Notes under the pieces: model-generated
What the model saw: the letters and a program-made list of their open reading frames with translations, nothing else
Told to the model about the DNA's origin: nothing
The model's database searches: none
Made by a program: the position numbers and the translations under genes
Shown: positions 55,275-64,000 of the stretch, piece by piece
Numbering within the stretch: the first letter of the stretch is position 1
Layout of the letters: the number at the start of each line of letters is the position of its first letter
Source of the DNA: an uncultured virus (IMG/VR IMGVR_UViG_3300021185_003889)
Taxonomy: Duplodnaviria; Heunggongvirae; Uroviricota; Caudoviricetes
Reading direction: 5' to 3' (one strand)
Length of the DNA: 64,000 bases
IMG/VR virus record: IMGVR_UViG_3300021185_003889

Positions 55275-56529
55275 GGTAATGCTTGTTTTTTAAATCTTCG
55301 AACTCAGGAAAAATTTTAAAAAAGTCTACTTTCCTTATTCTATCTAATTTACCTTGCATATAACTATATGCTTCTTCGTTATACTTGTCTGCTCTTAAAT
55401 TTGATCCTTGCTTAATATATTTTACTACTTTTTCAAAAGCTCTAACATCACTAAGTATATGATTTTCTTCTCCTTCTAACGTTTTTAACCACTCTATATG
55501 ATTATTGTATTTATCTACTAAAGCATCTAAATGATTCTTAGGAAGCTTCCAAAGAGTAAACTGAACAGGTGCATGTAAAATATTTGCATGAATTTTACCA
55601 ACTGATAAGTAATTTTTTTCAATAAACTCTCTATGTAAATCAACAACGTTGTAAGAATTTAACCAACTTATAGTTGGAGCAATATTAAAATCTAAATGAG
55701 GTACTTCTTTTTGTAGTCTTTCAATATTAGCTTCTACATTATTCCATTTTATGTTAGTACGTAAATATTCTCCTCGAGAATGAGATCCATCAAGACTAGC
55801 TTGAATACATATTTCTTTAAACTCTTTCCACAACGGTACTACATCCCATACTCCGTATGTTAACTTAGCCATATTAGTACTATACAAAAGAGCAATTTTG
55901 TCAGCTCTACCTTTTTCTATAATTTTATTTAATAATTTATAATGTTCTGGTAGCATTAAAGGTTCTCCACCAGCAAAATATATCTGTCTTATATTATCTA
56001 TTTGATCATATAGTTGAAGTAATAAATTTTCAGTATTTTCAATAGATTTGAGCTTAGGGGCTCCTTCAGGAGTTAAACCTAATGCTACTGAATCATTATA
56101 CCATGATGTAGACCAATTGCTTCCACAGCTTACACATTTTAAATTACATTTATTTGAGAAACGAATGTCTATATACCTTAATTTTAAATCTGGTATGAAA
56201 AAGTTGTTTTCATTAGTAGCTTTAACTACATCGTCATAATCATATACCCTGTTAAAATTATACCTTAATGACTGTTCTCCTTTATCCTCCAATTCCCAAC
56301 AGTGATCACACCCTTTTACTTTTACACCATTATGAAGGTCTTTACGTAACTGAACAGCTGCTGGGGAGTTCATGTGTTCTTGTAAATCGTCATCACCTGA
56401 ATATGTAGATAATTTATGTTCAGGGTTAAAAATACAACAGGGCATGAACTCTCCTTGTGTTCCTATGTAGGAAGCAATATAAGGTGCAGAACAAAAAGTA
56501 CCTTCCATATTTCTTATTTCTTTTTCCAT
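55267..56529 (-). CDS. Twitch/SPASM radical SAM protein
   Basis: CSAPY, PCC, CDHC; CNLKCVSC; AGGEPL. Confidence 0.9.
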   Translation of the reverse strand: MEKEIRNMEGTFCSAPYIASYIGTQGEFMPCCIFNPEHKLSTYSGDDDLQEHMNSPAAVQLRKDLHNGVKVKGCDHCWELEDKGEQSLRYNFNRVYDYDDVVKATNENNFFIPDLKLRYIDIRFSNKCNLKCVSCGSNWSTSWYNDSVALGLTPEGAPKLKSIENTENLLLQLYDQIDNIRQIYFAGGEPLMLPEHYKLLNKIIEKGRADKIALLYSTNMAKLTYGVWDVVPLWKEFKEICIQASLDGSHSRGEYLRTNIKWNNVEANIERLQKEVPHLDFNIAPTISWLNSYNVVDLHREFIEKNYLSVGKIHANILHAPVQFTLWKLPKNHLDALVDKYNNHIEWLKTLEGEENHILSDVRAFEKVVKYIKQGSNLRADKYNEEAYSYMQGKLDRIRKVDFFKIFPEFEDLKNKHYHE

Positions 56530-57554
56530 TACAGTAACTCAGCTTCTAGTTCTAAATTAGATATAACATTTCGATATCTATTTAATTTACGTACCTCATT
56601 TACAAACTCATAATGTTCAGGATGAGTATTATCTAGTACATTGACTTTTTTATATTCTTCTTCTGAGAATGTTCCCCAGTTAGCAACTCTATAAAAAATA
56701 TTTTTATGATCTCTATGTTTATAGAATATCTTATTCATTAACTCCACAAATGGAATTATTTCTTTATAGTTTGCTTGTTGTGTGACAAAAGAAGTAGTAA
56801 TTTTATCTATAGTTTCTATTTTGTTAATAAACTTAAGATTTTCAATCAACACATCCCATTTACCTCCCAGTCTAGTTTTATTTTCATAAGTGTCTTTAGT
56901 TGCAGCATCTATGCTTATCTCAACTTGCTTTATAAACTTTCTAACATTTTTTAGTTTATCCCAAAGTTTGGTAGTTAAAAGTATACCATTAGTATGTAAT
57001 ATAATTCTATCTAACTTAGGGTACTTTTCTACTGGAAAGTTAATTAGATACTCTCTCATTGGTTTACTATAAAGAGGATCACCAGTACCGCTAGTAAAAA
57101 ATTCCTCAAGTTCATCACTAAATCCTTCTTCTACCTTTCTCAACTGATTTAAAGTCAATGCTGTATTAAGGTCTGTATTAGGTATAATATTATCCCTGCA
57201 AGTAGGACATCTTAAGTTACAAGACTGGTCAATACAAATTTTTATTCGTTTAGGTTTATTGTAATTATTAGGATTAAATTCCTTAATAGGTCTTATCGGA
57301 CCTGTTGCTTCGCCTTTATTAACAAGTACATTTAAATGTGGACAGAATTCACTACTACAGTTTTTAAATGTACCATCCAGCATAGATTCTCTTATCTCTT
57401 CTGCTTCTGTGCTAAACCAGTTTTTTAAATAATCAGGAGATTTTTTTAAATTAGTATCATTCCAATACGGACAGCACATAGTTTGTCTATCCTTATGAAT
57501 CTCTGTATAGGTAAAAGGTAAGTCACAAAAATAATTTTTTAGATCTACTTTCAT
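56529..57554 (-). CDS. Twitch/SPASM radical SAM protein
   Basis: CDLPF, MCCP; CNLRCPTC; GTGDPL. Confidence 0.9.
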   Translation of the reverse strand: MKVDLKNYFCDLPFTYTEIHKDRQTMCCPYWNDTNLKKSPDYLKNWFSTEAEEIRESMLDGTFKNCSSEFCPHLNVLVNKGEATGPIRPIKEFNPNNYNKPKRIKICIDQSCNLRCPTCRDNIIPNTDLNTALTLNQLRKVEEGFSDELEEFFTSGTGDPLYSKPMREYLINFPVEKYPKLDRIILHTNGILLTTKLWDKLKNVRKFIKQVEISIDAATKDTYENKTRLGGKWDVLIENLKFINKIETIDKITTSFVTQQANYKEIIPFVELMNKIFYKHRDHKNIFYRVANWGTFSEEEYKKVNVLDNTHPEHYEFVNEVRKLNRYRNVISNLELEAELL

Positions 57555-58813
57555 ATACTATTCAATTTAAAATGATTATAGGTAAAAGGATCTAATTCTA
57601 AAAAATTTTGTTTTCTCTTCTTATCTAAAATATCTGTAAACTTAACAAAGTCTCTTATACTGCTTTTCTCTGATGTTATTTTGATTAAGGTAATTAAAGA
57701 TTTAAGTTTGTTAATAATCCACTTTTTTCTAGATTCAGGTATGTTAGTATACCTAACTTTTAAGTAGTTTATTTTATCGTTTATTTTTAATATTGCTTTT
57801 TCTTTAAGTTCCTCTGGTATATTTTTTATATTTAGATAATGAGGATTAGTAACTGGATGTAGTACAGGTATAAAATTTCTATCTAAGAAGAAATCTATAG
57901 CATCAAGCATATGAATTAAATTATATGTTTGAACTGTATAGTTAGCATATACGTTAATATTAGTCTTATTATTTCTAATATACTGATCTAACATATCTAT
58001 CTTTTTATTTATAACTGACCATTTCATAGGGTACCTAACATATTCATATGTATCTTCTATACCATCAATAGAAAAATCAATATTAACGTTTTTAAACTTA
58101 TTGAGTTTAGTGAGTAAGTCAAAATTTAATTTAGTTAGATTAGTATTTATTCTTAGATCTAAATTATATGAATGACCTGATTCTATAAAGAAATCTATAA
58201 GTTCATAAAAAGACTTATTAATTAAAGGTTCTCCACCGGAAAATCTTATAACTTCTATATCTTCAACATTATCTTTAATATGGTTACAGTATTGTTCCAT
58301 ATCAATATTAACAGGTTCGTCTAATGTAGGAAAAAGATTTTTAAGAGAATCTTCTGATAATGTAGATGTTATCTCTAAATACTCATTATTAATAAGGTTT
58401 GAGTCTTGAGGTGAACACATTCTACATTTTAAGTTACATAAGTTACCTACTCTATACTCAACTGATATAGGAGCATGATTAAGTATCCCGTTATTCTTTC
58501 TAGCTGATTGTACTCTTTCGATAAACTTTTTATCGTTTTGATAAGATTCTACTAAATCAGTTCGTAGGGATGCACCCCCTTCTTTTTCAGCATGATAACA
58601 TACATCACATCCTTTGATATATTCACCGTTTATACTTTTTATTCTGTCTTTTGCTAATTGTTCACTATTCCAAAAACTCTCTAGTGGCTGATCTACTGTT
58701 ATTCCGTTTACTTTACCATTTTTTATCTCAGGTACGTGCAAACAACATGCTTTATAAACTCCATAGGAGTCATTCATTACATGATTGAAAAAACTAGGGC
58801 AGAAAGAGTTCAT
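57551..58813 (-). CDS. Twitch/SPASM radical SAM protein
   Basis: CPSFF, ACC, CDVC; CNLKCRMC; SGGEPL. Confidence 0.9.
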   Translation of the reverse strand: MNSFCPSFFNHVMNDSYGVYKACCLHVPEIKNGKVNGITVDQPLESFWNSEQLAKDRIKSINGEYIKGCDVCYHAEKEGGASLRTDLVESYQNDKKFIERVQSARKNNGILNHAPISVEYRVGNLCNLKCRMCSPQDSNLINNEYLEITSTLSEDSLKNLFPTLDEPVNIDMEQYCNHIKDNVEDIEVIRFSGGEPLINKSFYELIDFFIESGHSYNLDLRINTNLTKLNFDLLTKLNKFKNVNIDFSIDGIEDTYEYVRYPMKWSVINKKIDMLDQYIRNNKTNINVYANYTVQTYNLIHMLDAIDFFLDRNFIPVLHPVTNPHYLNIKNIPEELKEKAILKINDKINYLKVRYTNIPESRKKWIINKLKSLITLIKITSEKSSIRDFVKFTDILDKKRKQNFLELDPFTYNHFKLNSI

Positions 58814-58824
58814 GATTAAAAAGG

Positions 58825-60144
58825 TTAAATATTAGATTTAACCTTATTGTTTGTATCAGGAATACTGTCATACCAGTCTTTATAATATGGGTATACTGTA
58901 GTGAAAGATTCTTTTCTATACTCATCTACTAAAGAAACAATATTTTTCATTTCTCCGTTTTCTTTAGACTTATCTACTTCTCCTTTATCTAACTCGAAAT
59001 ACTTAGTAATAATATCGTACTTTTGTTTCATTTGTTTTTTATAAAACTCTGGTACTTTTCTCAGATGGTTATATAGGTTATCTCTAGCTTTTATTTTTAA
59101 ATCAGTTGGTAAAGTATCTAAAGCATAGTATCTTGGGAAAGTTAAAACGTTATTTAAATGAACACCATGCCATTGAACTCCTAACTCAATCATTCTATCT
59201 ACGAAGTCTGGTATTTGAAATATATTTAGTATACTTACAGTACAACTAAAGTCAAAATGAAATCCTTTATCGATAGCTAATCTAACGTTATCTTCTATTT
59301 TTTTCCAATCTGTTCCAGATCTAGCATATTCTGCAACATCTCCCATTGCGTCTAATGAAGCAAATATTCTTACATTAAGAGGATTACGTTTAGTAAAATG
59401 GCTCCACAGTTCTAAAACATCCCATTTTTTAAACTTTAACATACTGAAGTTAGTGTTATATCTAATGCGGGTATCAGTGTTACCTATTTCGATAAGCTTT
59501 TCTAAAATCATATAATGCTCTTCCATCATCAATGGTTCTCCACCTGCAAAATAAATCTCTTCTACGTCTTCAATAAACATATCTATATACTCATAGATAT
59601 TTTTTTTACTCCAATCGTTTACATGTATAAGTGCTCTATCATTTTCACTCTGACCAAATATATCTACTTCATCTTTATACCATTTAGAACTAAGAGATGA
59701 ACCGCACATTCTACATTTAAAGTTACATAAGTTAGAAAAACGAAAATCCCAATACCTTAAAGTAAAATCATTACTATGTCCATCTTCTTCAGTAGTATCA
59801 ACAAAAGTATCTAAATGATCTTTCATTAATCTATTTGAAGCTACCCTCATACTCTCATCTCCGTTTTCTTCTTGAAGATAGCATTTAGCACAATGTTCAT
59901 GTTTTTTACCCTCAAGTTTATCTTTTCTTAACTCCTTCATTCTATCTGCATTCCACAACTCTTCTAAAGTTGCATCTTTTACATGTCCGATAGGATGTCT
60001 ATAGTCAGTCAAACAACAAGGATATACTCTACCATCAGGCCAGTGATGTAAATGAGACCAAGGTAATGCACAGAATGTTTTACTTATTCTATCTCCTGGG
60101 TTTTCCTTAAACTTATACTTAATATGATTTCTATGTTCCGCCAT
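58825..60144 (-). CDS. Twitch/SPASM radical SAM protein
   Basis: CALPW, PCC, CAKC; CNFKCRMC; AGGEPL. Confidence 0.9.
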   Translation of the reverse strand: MAEHRNHIKYKFKENPGDRISKTFCALPWSHLHHWPDGRVYPCCLTDYRHPIGHVKDATLEELWNADRMKELRKDKLEGKKHEHCAKCYLQEENGDESMRVASNRLMKDHLDTFVDTTEEDGHSNDFTLRYWDFRFSNLCNFKCRMCGSSLSSKWYKDEVDIFGQSENDRALIHVNDWSKKNIYEYIDMFIEDVEEIYFAGGEPLMMEEHYMILEKLIEIGNTDTRIRYNTNFSMLKFKKWDVLELWSHFTKRNPLNVRIFASLDAMGDVAEYARSGTDWKKIEDNVRLAIDKGFHFDFSCTVSILNIFQIPDFVDRMIELGVQWHGVHLNNVLTFPRYYALDTLPTDLKIKARDNLYNHLRKVPEFYKKQMKQKYDIITKYFELDKGEVDKSKENGEMKNIVSLVDEYRKESFTTVYPYYKDWYDSIPDTNNKVKSNI

Positions 60145-61481
60145 TATATTGTATTATACCAATTTAACATTTCAGCTGTAAAGTGCTTTTCTATAGGCAT
60201 TTCTCTACGTACTGCGTATTGTTTAGTGAAGTTCTTAAAGTCAGTTAATTTCTTATCTAACTCATCATTATCTTCTTGTGATTTCGTAACATTTTTTAAA
60301 TACTTAGTTAGTCTTGTTATTTGATTTATTTCCCAAGGTCTTAAAACGTCCTTGATTTTATCTAACGTATTTTCTATTCTTTCAGCTAATATATCTTTAT
60401 ATTGCTGCTCTATAATATTTACACTTTGAAAAGAAGGAAATCTTAAAATATTTAAGGACATATAAAACTGATCAGGTCTAGTTGATTTTCTCCATTGAAC
60501 TATCTTTTCTAAAAATTCAGCAACACCCCAAACACTTAATGCTGATATAGTCATCATTATATTAACCGTCGTAACAGAGTCTTCTTTATTTAATGCAAAC
60601 ATATTTTTTTCCCATACATCCCATTCAAAACCATCTCTTACAAAATCCTGCAAAGGACCGTAACATTCAGCAGATGTATATATTTCAAACTTTTTAAATT
60701 TTTTACTTGCAGCTACTAATTTTTGTAATCTGCTATCTTCCATAATAAGATTACTATTAACTGCAAAATCAAATTTTTCATTCTCACAAACATCTAAAAG
60801 ATGCCAGAAAGAAGGACTCCTTGAAGGTTCACCGCCTGAAACTCTAAGTTCATATAACCCGTCTTTTATTTCAGGAAACCAATCAAAGAACCGTTTAACA
60901 TAAATATTACCTTCATTCTTATTTCCAAAAGGCATTGCCAGTGAACCATCTTGTCTATAAGTTTTTCCTCCAAATGTTTCCATATCTTTGTATGGACCGT
61001 TTGTTGTAATATCTTTAGACCAAGTAGAACTAAATTCAGAGTTACAATATGAACATGCTAAGTTACATAAGTTATCAAAGCATATTTCTACAGTTTTAGG
61101 ATTAACATTTTTATCCCACGGTATATCTTTCAAGGCAGCTATTTCCTCATCAGTATAACGAGCAGTTTGATATACTCTATCACTATACACTCCTTCTCTA
61201 TTACCACCTGATGCGTCTTCTGCAGTCCAACAGTATGAACACTCTGGCGGTCTTTCTCCCTCCAGCATCATCTTACGTTGTTTCTTTTTAAACTCTGTAT
61301 TATGTAATGCTGATGCGTCTTTGGCTAGTTCTTCATCTGGTATTTTATGAGCGAGAGGATGGTGACAAGAAGCTGTTCTACCGTTACCTAACCAAATAGA
61401 TACGTTGTACCATTTTGCCGCACAAAATGATGTTGATGTATTATTCATCGCCTTTAATGCATTCTCATAGGATGTTTTCAT
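60144..61481 (-). CDS. Twitch/SPASM radical SAM protein
   Basis: CAAKW, SCHHP, CSYCW; CNLACSYC; SGGEPS. Confidence 0.9.
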   Translation of the reverse strand: MKTSYENALKAMNNTSTSFCAAKWYNVSIWLGNGRTASCHHPLAHKIPDEELAKDASALHNTEFKKKQRKMMLEGERPPECSYCWTAEDASGGNREGVYSDRVYQTARYTDEEIAALKDIPWDKNVNPKTVEICFDNLCNLACSYCNSEFSSTWSKDITTNGPYKDMETFGGKTYRQDGSLAMPFGNKNEGNIYVKRFFDWFPEIKDGLYELRVSGGEPSRSPSFWHLLDVCENEKFDFAVNSNLIMEDSRLQKLVAASKKFKKFEIYTSAECYGPLQDFVRDGFEWDVWEKNMFALNKEDSVTTVNIMMTISALSVWGVAEFLEKIVQWRKSTRPDQFYMSLNILRFPSFQSVNIIEQQYKDILAERIENTLDKIKDVLRPWEINQITRLTKYLKNVTKSQEDNDELDKKLTDFKNFTKQYAVRREMPIEKHFTAEMLNWYNTI

Positions 61482-62062
61482 GCTATTTGGTATATAAAAT
61501 TTAAGTTGCCAGTTTTATCTACAGACTTACCGTGTATTATCTCACTAAAATCATGATGACATGCTAAACCTTCTGTATCGTATATTTTAAAATTTAATAA
61601 CTTTATATCTATTTGTTCAGATTCTTCTTGTGTAACATGTGTATTTGCACCTAAAAAAATTACTGGGTTATCAACTATAGCTAAAGGTGTTTCTGATAAA
61701 CTGTATTCAAATTCAATTTTCTTATTTATTGATACTGTTAACTTTTCTTTAGGTAGGTGCTCATAAGTTACATTATACTTTACATTAGGTTCAAATATAT
61801 AATTAGTTTCTACTCTATCATTTTGATTATCGTATCCTAATCCTATAAACAATCTATTTTCAAATATAGATAAACTTGTACATTTAGGAACAAAACAGAA
61901 TACATCTTTTACAGTAGAAAAATTATTTTCAGTATTTTCAAAATCTACTTCTATCTTCCAATAATGATCCCCCTGAACTCTAGGAAGTATAGGGTTAGGT
62001 AGAAATGAAGGGCATATACTATCTGGCCATAACATCCATGGGTATCTTCTACTTATATTCAT
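61478..62062 (-). CDS. LamG/concanavalin A-like beta-sandwich protein (start likely ATG 62062)
   Basis: Beta-rich, IFLGA, NFKIY, DKTGN end typical of LamG-like domains. Confidence 0.5.
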   Translation of the reverse strand: MNISRRYPWMLWPDSICPSFLPNPILPRVQGDHYWKIEVDFENTENNFSTVKDVFCFVPKCTSLSIFENRLFIGLGYDNQNDRVETNYIFEPNVKYNVTYEHLPKEKLTVSINKKIEFEYSLSETPLAIVDNPVIFLGANTHVTQEESEQIDIKLLNFKIYDTEGLACHHDFSEIIHGKSVDKTGNLNFIYQIA

Positions 62063-63434
62063 TATACATGTATTTAAGTTCTGGGAATGTTTCTTCAAAG
62101 TTAGTACCTCTACGTTCATCATATTGAGATATAAATCTTGCAAAGTCTTTCCTTTGTTTTTCTACATCAAATGGAGTATAGTCATTTTTACCTATTGCAT
62201 AATCATAAGTTCTTTTTATCTTCTGTATTTCGACATCATTAAAACCGTACTTAATTTTAGTCATACCGTTTCTTCCATAATATAATGCTTTAGTAGCAGC
62301 ATCTAAAATATACTTTTTATGATTATCTTCTAATATTTTTATATTAAGATGAGGTGGCCAACGAGTATAAGATGTATCTAACTGTAATGCAGTATTCCAG
62401 TACCTATCCTTATTCCAATGTTTCTTTTTATAAATTAGTACCTTATCTATTAATTCACTGTATGTAAAAACAGATAATGCATTAAAAGCAGCCATAATAT
62501 TTACTGTAACTTTTGGTAACTCAGTAAGTATATTATCTATGTTTATCCAAAATTCATCATAATTTAAACCATGTCTTACATATTCTGCTTGTTTACCAGT
62601 AGCTTCAACAGAAGTAAAAATTATTAGTTCTTTTATCTTATTATTGTTTACTAAATCTTTACATATGTTAATCATTCTATCTATTAACTTTTTAGGTACT
62701 CCTAAATTAGTATTTATAGCTAATGATAAATTAGGATTTTCTTCCCAGTGGTCTTGAATATACTCTAATACTTTGAAAGTATCTGGAGAAAGTAAAGGTT
62801 CACCGCCAGTTATTCTAAATGTATGTAAATCTTTAAATAAATCTGGCCACCATTCCCAAAATGCATCTATATAAGGATTATGTTCAGATTTTTTATAAGG
62901 CATTTCACCTCTTGCTTTTATATCTTTTATACTATTAAACCTAGTAGCCGTATCATACCCTCCATGTTTTTCTATCTCTTCTACCCATTTTGAAGAGTAT
63001 TGAGGTCCACAATAAGCACAAGCAAAATTACAAGTATTACTGAATGAAACTTCTACATATCTAGGATTGTAGTCCGCAGACCATCTAGTATTTTTAATTT
63101 TATCCATTTGGTCAAGTGACCATGGTTCAGCTGATTTAAAAGTTCTATCAGAAAAGTGAGGAGAGTTATCTTCTACGTTCCAGCAATAATTACATTCTGA
63201 AGGTCTCTTACCTTCTAGCATTTCTTTCCTTTTTTTCTTTTTATATCTGGTGTTATGTAATGCAGAAGGATTGTTTCTTAACTCTCTTAATGGTATTTTA
63301 TGTTGTACAGGGTGGTGACAAGAATGTGTTAATCCTGTACCTAAGTGCATAGTTACTTGAGTCCATTTTGCTAAACAGAAACCGCATCCTTGTTCATCTA
63401 ATTTTTTCTTTACTATTCCGTAGTCGAAATTCAT
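62049..63434 (-). CDS. Twitch/SPASM radical SAM protein
   Basis: CLAKW, SCHHP, CNYCW; CNFACAYC; TGGEPL. Confidence 0.9.
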   Translation of the reverse strand: MNFDYGIVKKKLDEQGCGFCLAKWTQVTMHLGTGLTHSCHHPVQHKIPLRELRNNPSALHNTRYKKKKRKEMLEGKRPSECNYCWNVEDNSPHFSDRTFKSAEPWSLDQMDKIKNTRWSADYNPRYVEVSFSNTCNFACAYCGPQYSSKWVEEIEKHGGYDTATRFNSIKDIKARGEMPYKKSEHNPYIDAFWEWWPDLFKDLHTFRITGGEPLLSPDTFKVLEYIQDHWEENPNLSLAINTNLGVPKKLIDRMINICKDLVNNNKIKELIIFTSVEATGKQAEYVRHGLNYDEFWINIDNILTELPKVTVNIMAAFNALSVFTYSELIDKVLIYKKKHWNKDRYWNTALQLDTSYTRWPPHLNIKILEDNHKKYILDAATKALYYGRNGMTKIKYGFNDVEIQKIKRTYDYAIGKNDYTPFDVEKQRKDFARFISQYDERRGTNFEETFPELKYMYNEYK

Positions 63435-64000
63435 AATTTTATATCTAACATTTTAGCCCAAGGGGTAAGTATTTTTTCTCCAACTAACTCATATTTAAGT
63501 TGCTTGATACCGTCTTCTTTGTAGTTAATTTTTTTATCTTGCATTTTAAGAACATATCTACGTTCATTAGCTGCAGTAGTATCACCTTTTACAAATTTAC
63601 CATCTACTATTCCTTCATCAGGATGTGGTAAACATCTCATTCTACCTTCTACTCTATGAGGTAATATAGAATTAGGAACTCTAATGTCTTCTATTTTTTC
63701 TTCAACATTAAATAAATTATATTCAGTTTTAGTATTATTAAAATCAATATCTACTAAATGTCCTTCAGTAGGGATATTATTATGTAAGTTGCTTACTTCT
63801 TGAGGTGTTAATGCTCTATTCCAGGCATGTACCTTAGCGATATCTCCTTTAAAGTACTTTATTGTACTACCTTCTTGTTCTGATGGTGAAGTTCCTAAGT
63901 AGTAATCATTAGAACCGTAATTTTTAAGATTACCTTTGAATCTCCATGGTGATAAACTTCCTATACCTGCTCTAGCATCTACTTCATTTCCATTTAAATA
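63431..64000 (-). CDS. GT7 (beta-1,4-galactosyltransferase-like) C-terminus preceded by LamG domain; 5'-truncated by window
   Basis: Open frame to 64000: YLNG...YYLG...FKGDIAKVHAWNRALTPQEV (LamG), then HRVEGRMRCLPH...NERRY...DGIKQLKYELV (GT7-like C-terminus). Confidence 0.65.
   Translation of the reverse strand, partial: YLNGNEVDARAGIGSLSPWRFKGNLKNYGSNDYYLGTSPSEQEGSTIKYFKGDIAKVHAWNRALTPQEVSNLHNNIPTEGHLVDIDFNNTKTEYNLFNVEEKIEDIRVPNSILPHRVEGRMRCLPHPDEGIVDGKFVKGDTTAANERRYVLKMQDKKINYKEDGIKQLKYELVGEKILTPWAKMLDIKL

Noticed and set aside
1022..60324. All + strand ORFs and short nested - strand ORFs in the track (e.g. 1022, 1585, 5881, 20497, 32151, 38120, 43057)
   Set aside because: They lie inside long, motif-bearing - strand genes and have no recognisable motifs; shadow frames.
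1..64000. Bacterial chromosome or prophage interpretation because of TBDR, AhpC and que genes
   Set aside because: Single-strand dense layout with sheath, tube, tape measure and T4-like replication genes, shared promoter motifs throughout, and no integrase or host boundary.
1..64000. CRISPR array, DGR, IS elements or long DNA tandem repeats
   Set aside because: No regularly spaced direct repeats, reverse transcriptase or transposase seen by eye.

Overview
AT-rich (roughly one-third G+C by eye), gene-dense 64-kb segment of a large contractile-tailed (myovirus-type) phage genome, probably infecting a Bacteroidota/Flavobacteriia host. Host clues are TTG-N20-TATATTWA promoters, DUF6952 and a Flavobacteria-like TonB-dependent receptor. 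Essentially all real genes are on the - strand. Modules: (1) a family A DNA polymerase in the same gene run as a 7-deazaguanine DNA-modification set (FolE, QueD, QueE, QueC, QueF, DpdA3-like TGT fold, PurN-like formyltransferase; predicted product fdPreQ1), plus nucleotide kinases, a PRTase and an NTP pyrophosphatase; (2) a nuclease/TBDR/nuclease cassette and a redox cassette; (3) glycan and protein tailoring genes (PMM/PMI, carbamoyltransferase, APS kinase, sulfotransferase, 2OG oxygenase, GT7-LamG) and eight twitch/SPASM radical SAM paralogues; (4) initiator tRNA-Met, class Ia RNR, helicase, 5'-3' exonuclease, RecA, SSB and a second compact PolA; (5) baseplate, tape measure, chaperone, tube and sheath genes. 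The most notable unannotated signal is that the leaders of all three deazaguanine-biosynthesis units carry compact pseudoknot-like RNAs. Those of folE and the queD/queE unit resemble preQ1-I riboswitch aptamers, and that of queC is a different H-type pseudoknot. This suggests ligand-feedback control of phage DNA hypermodification. All assignments come from motif reading; no searches were run.
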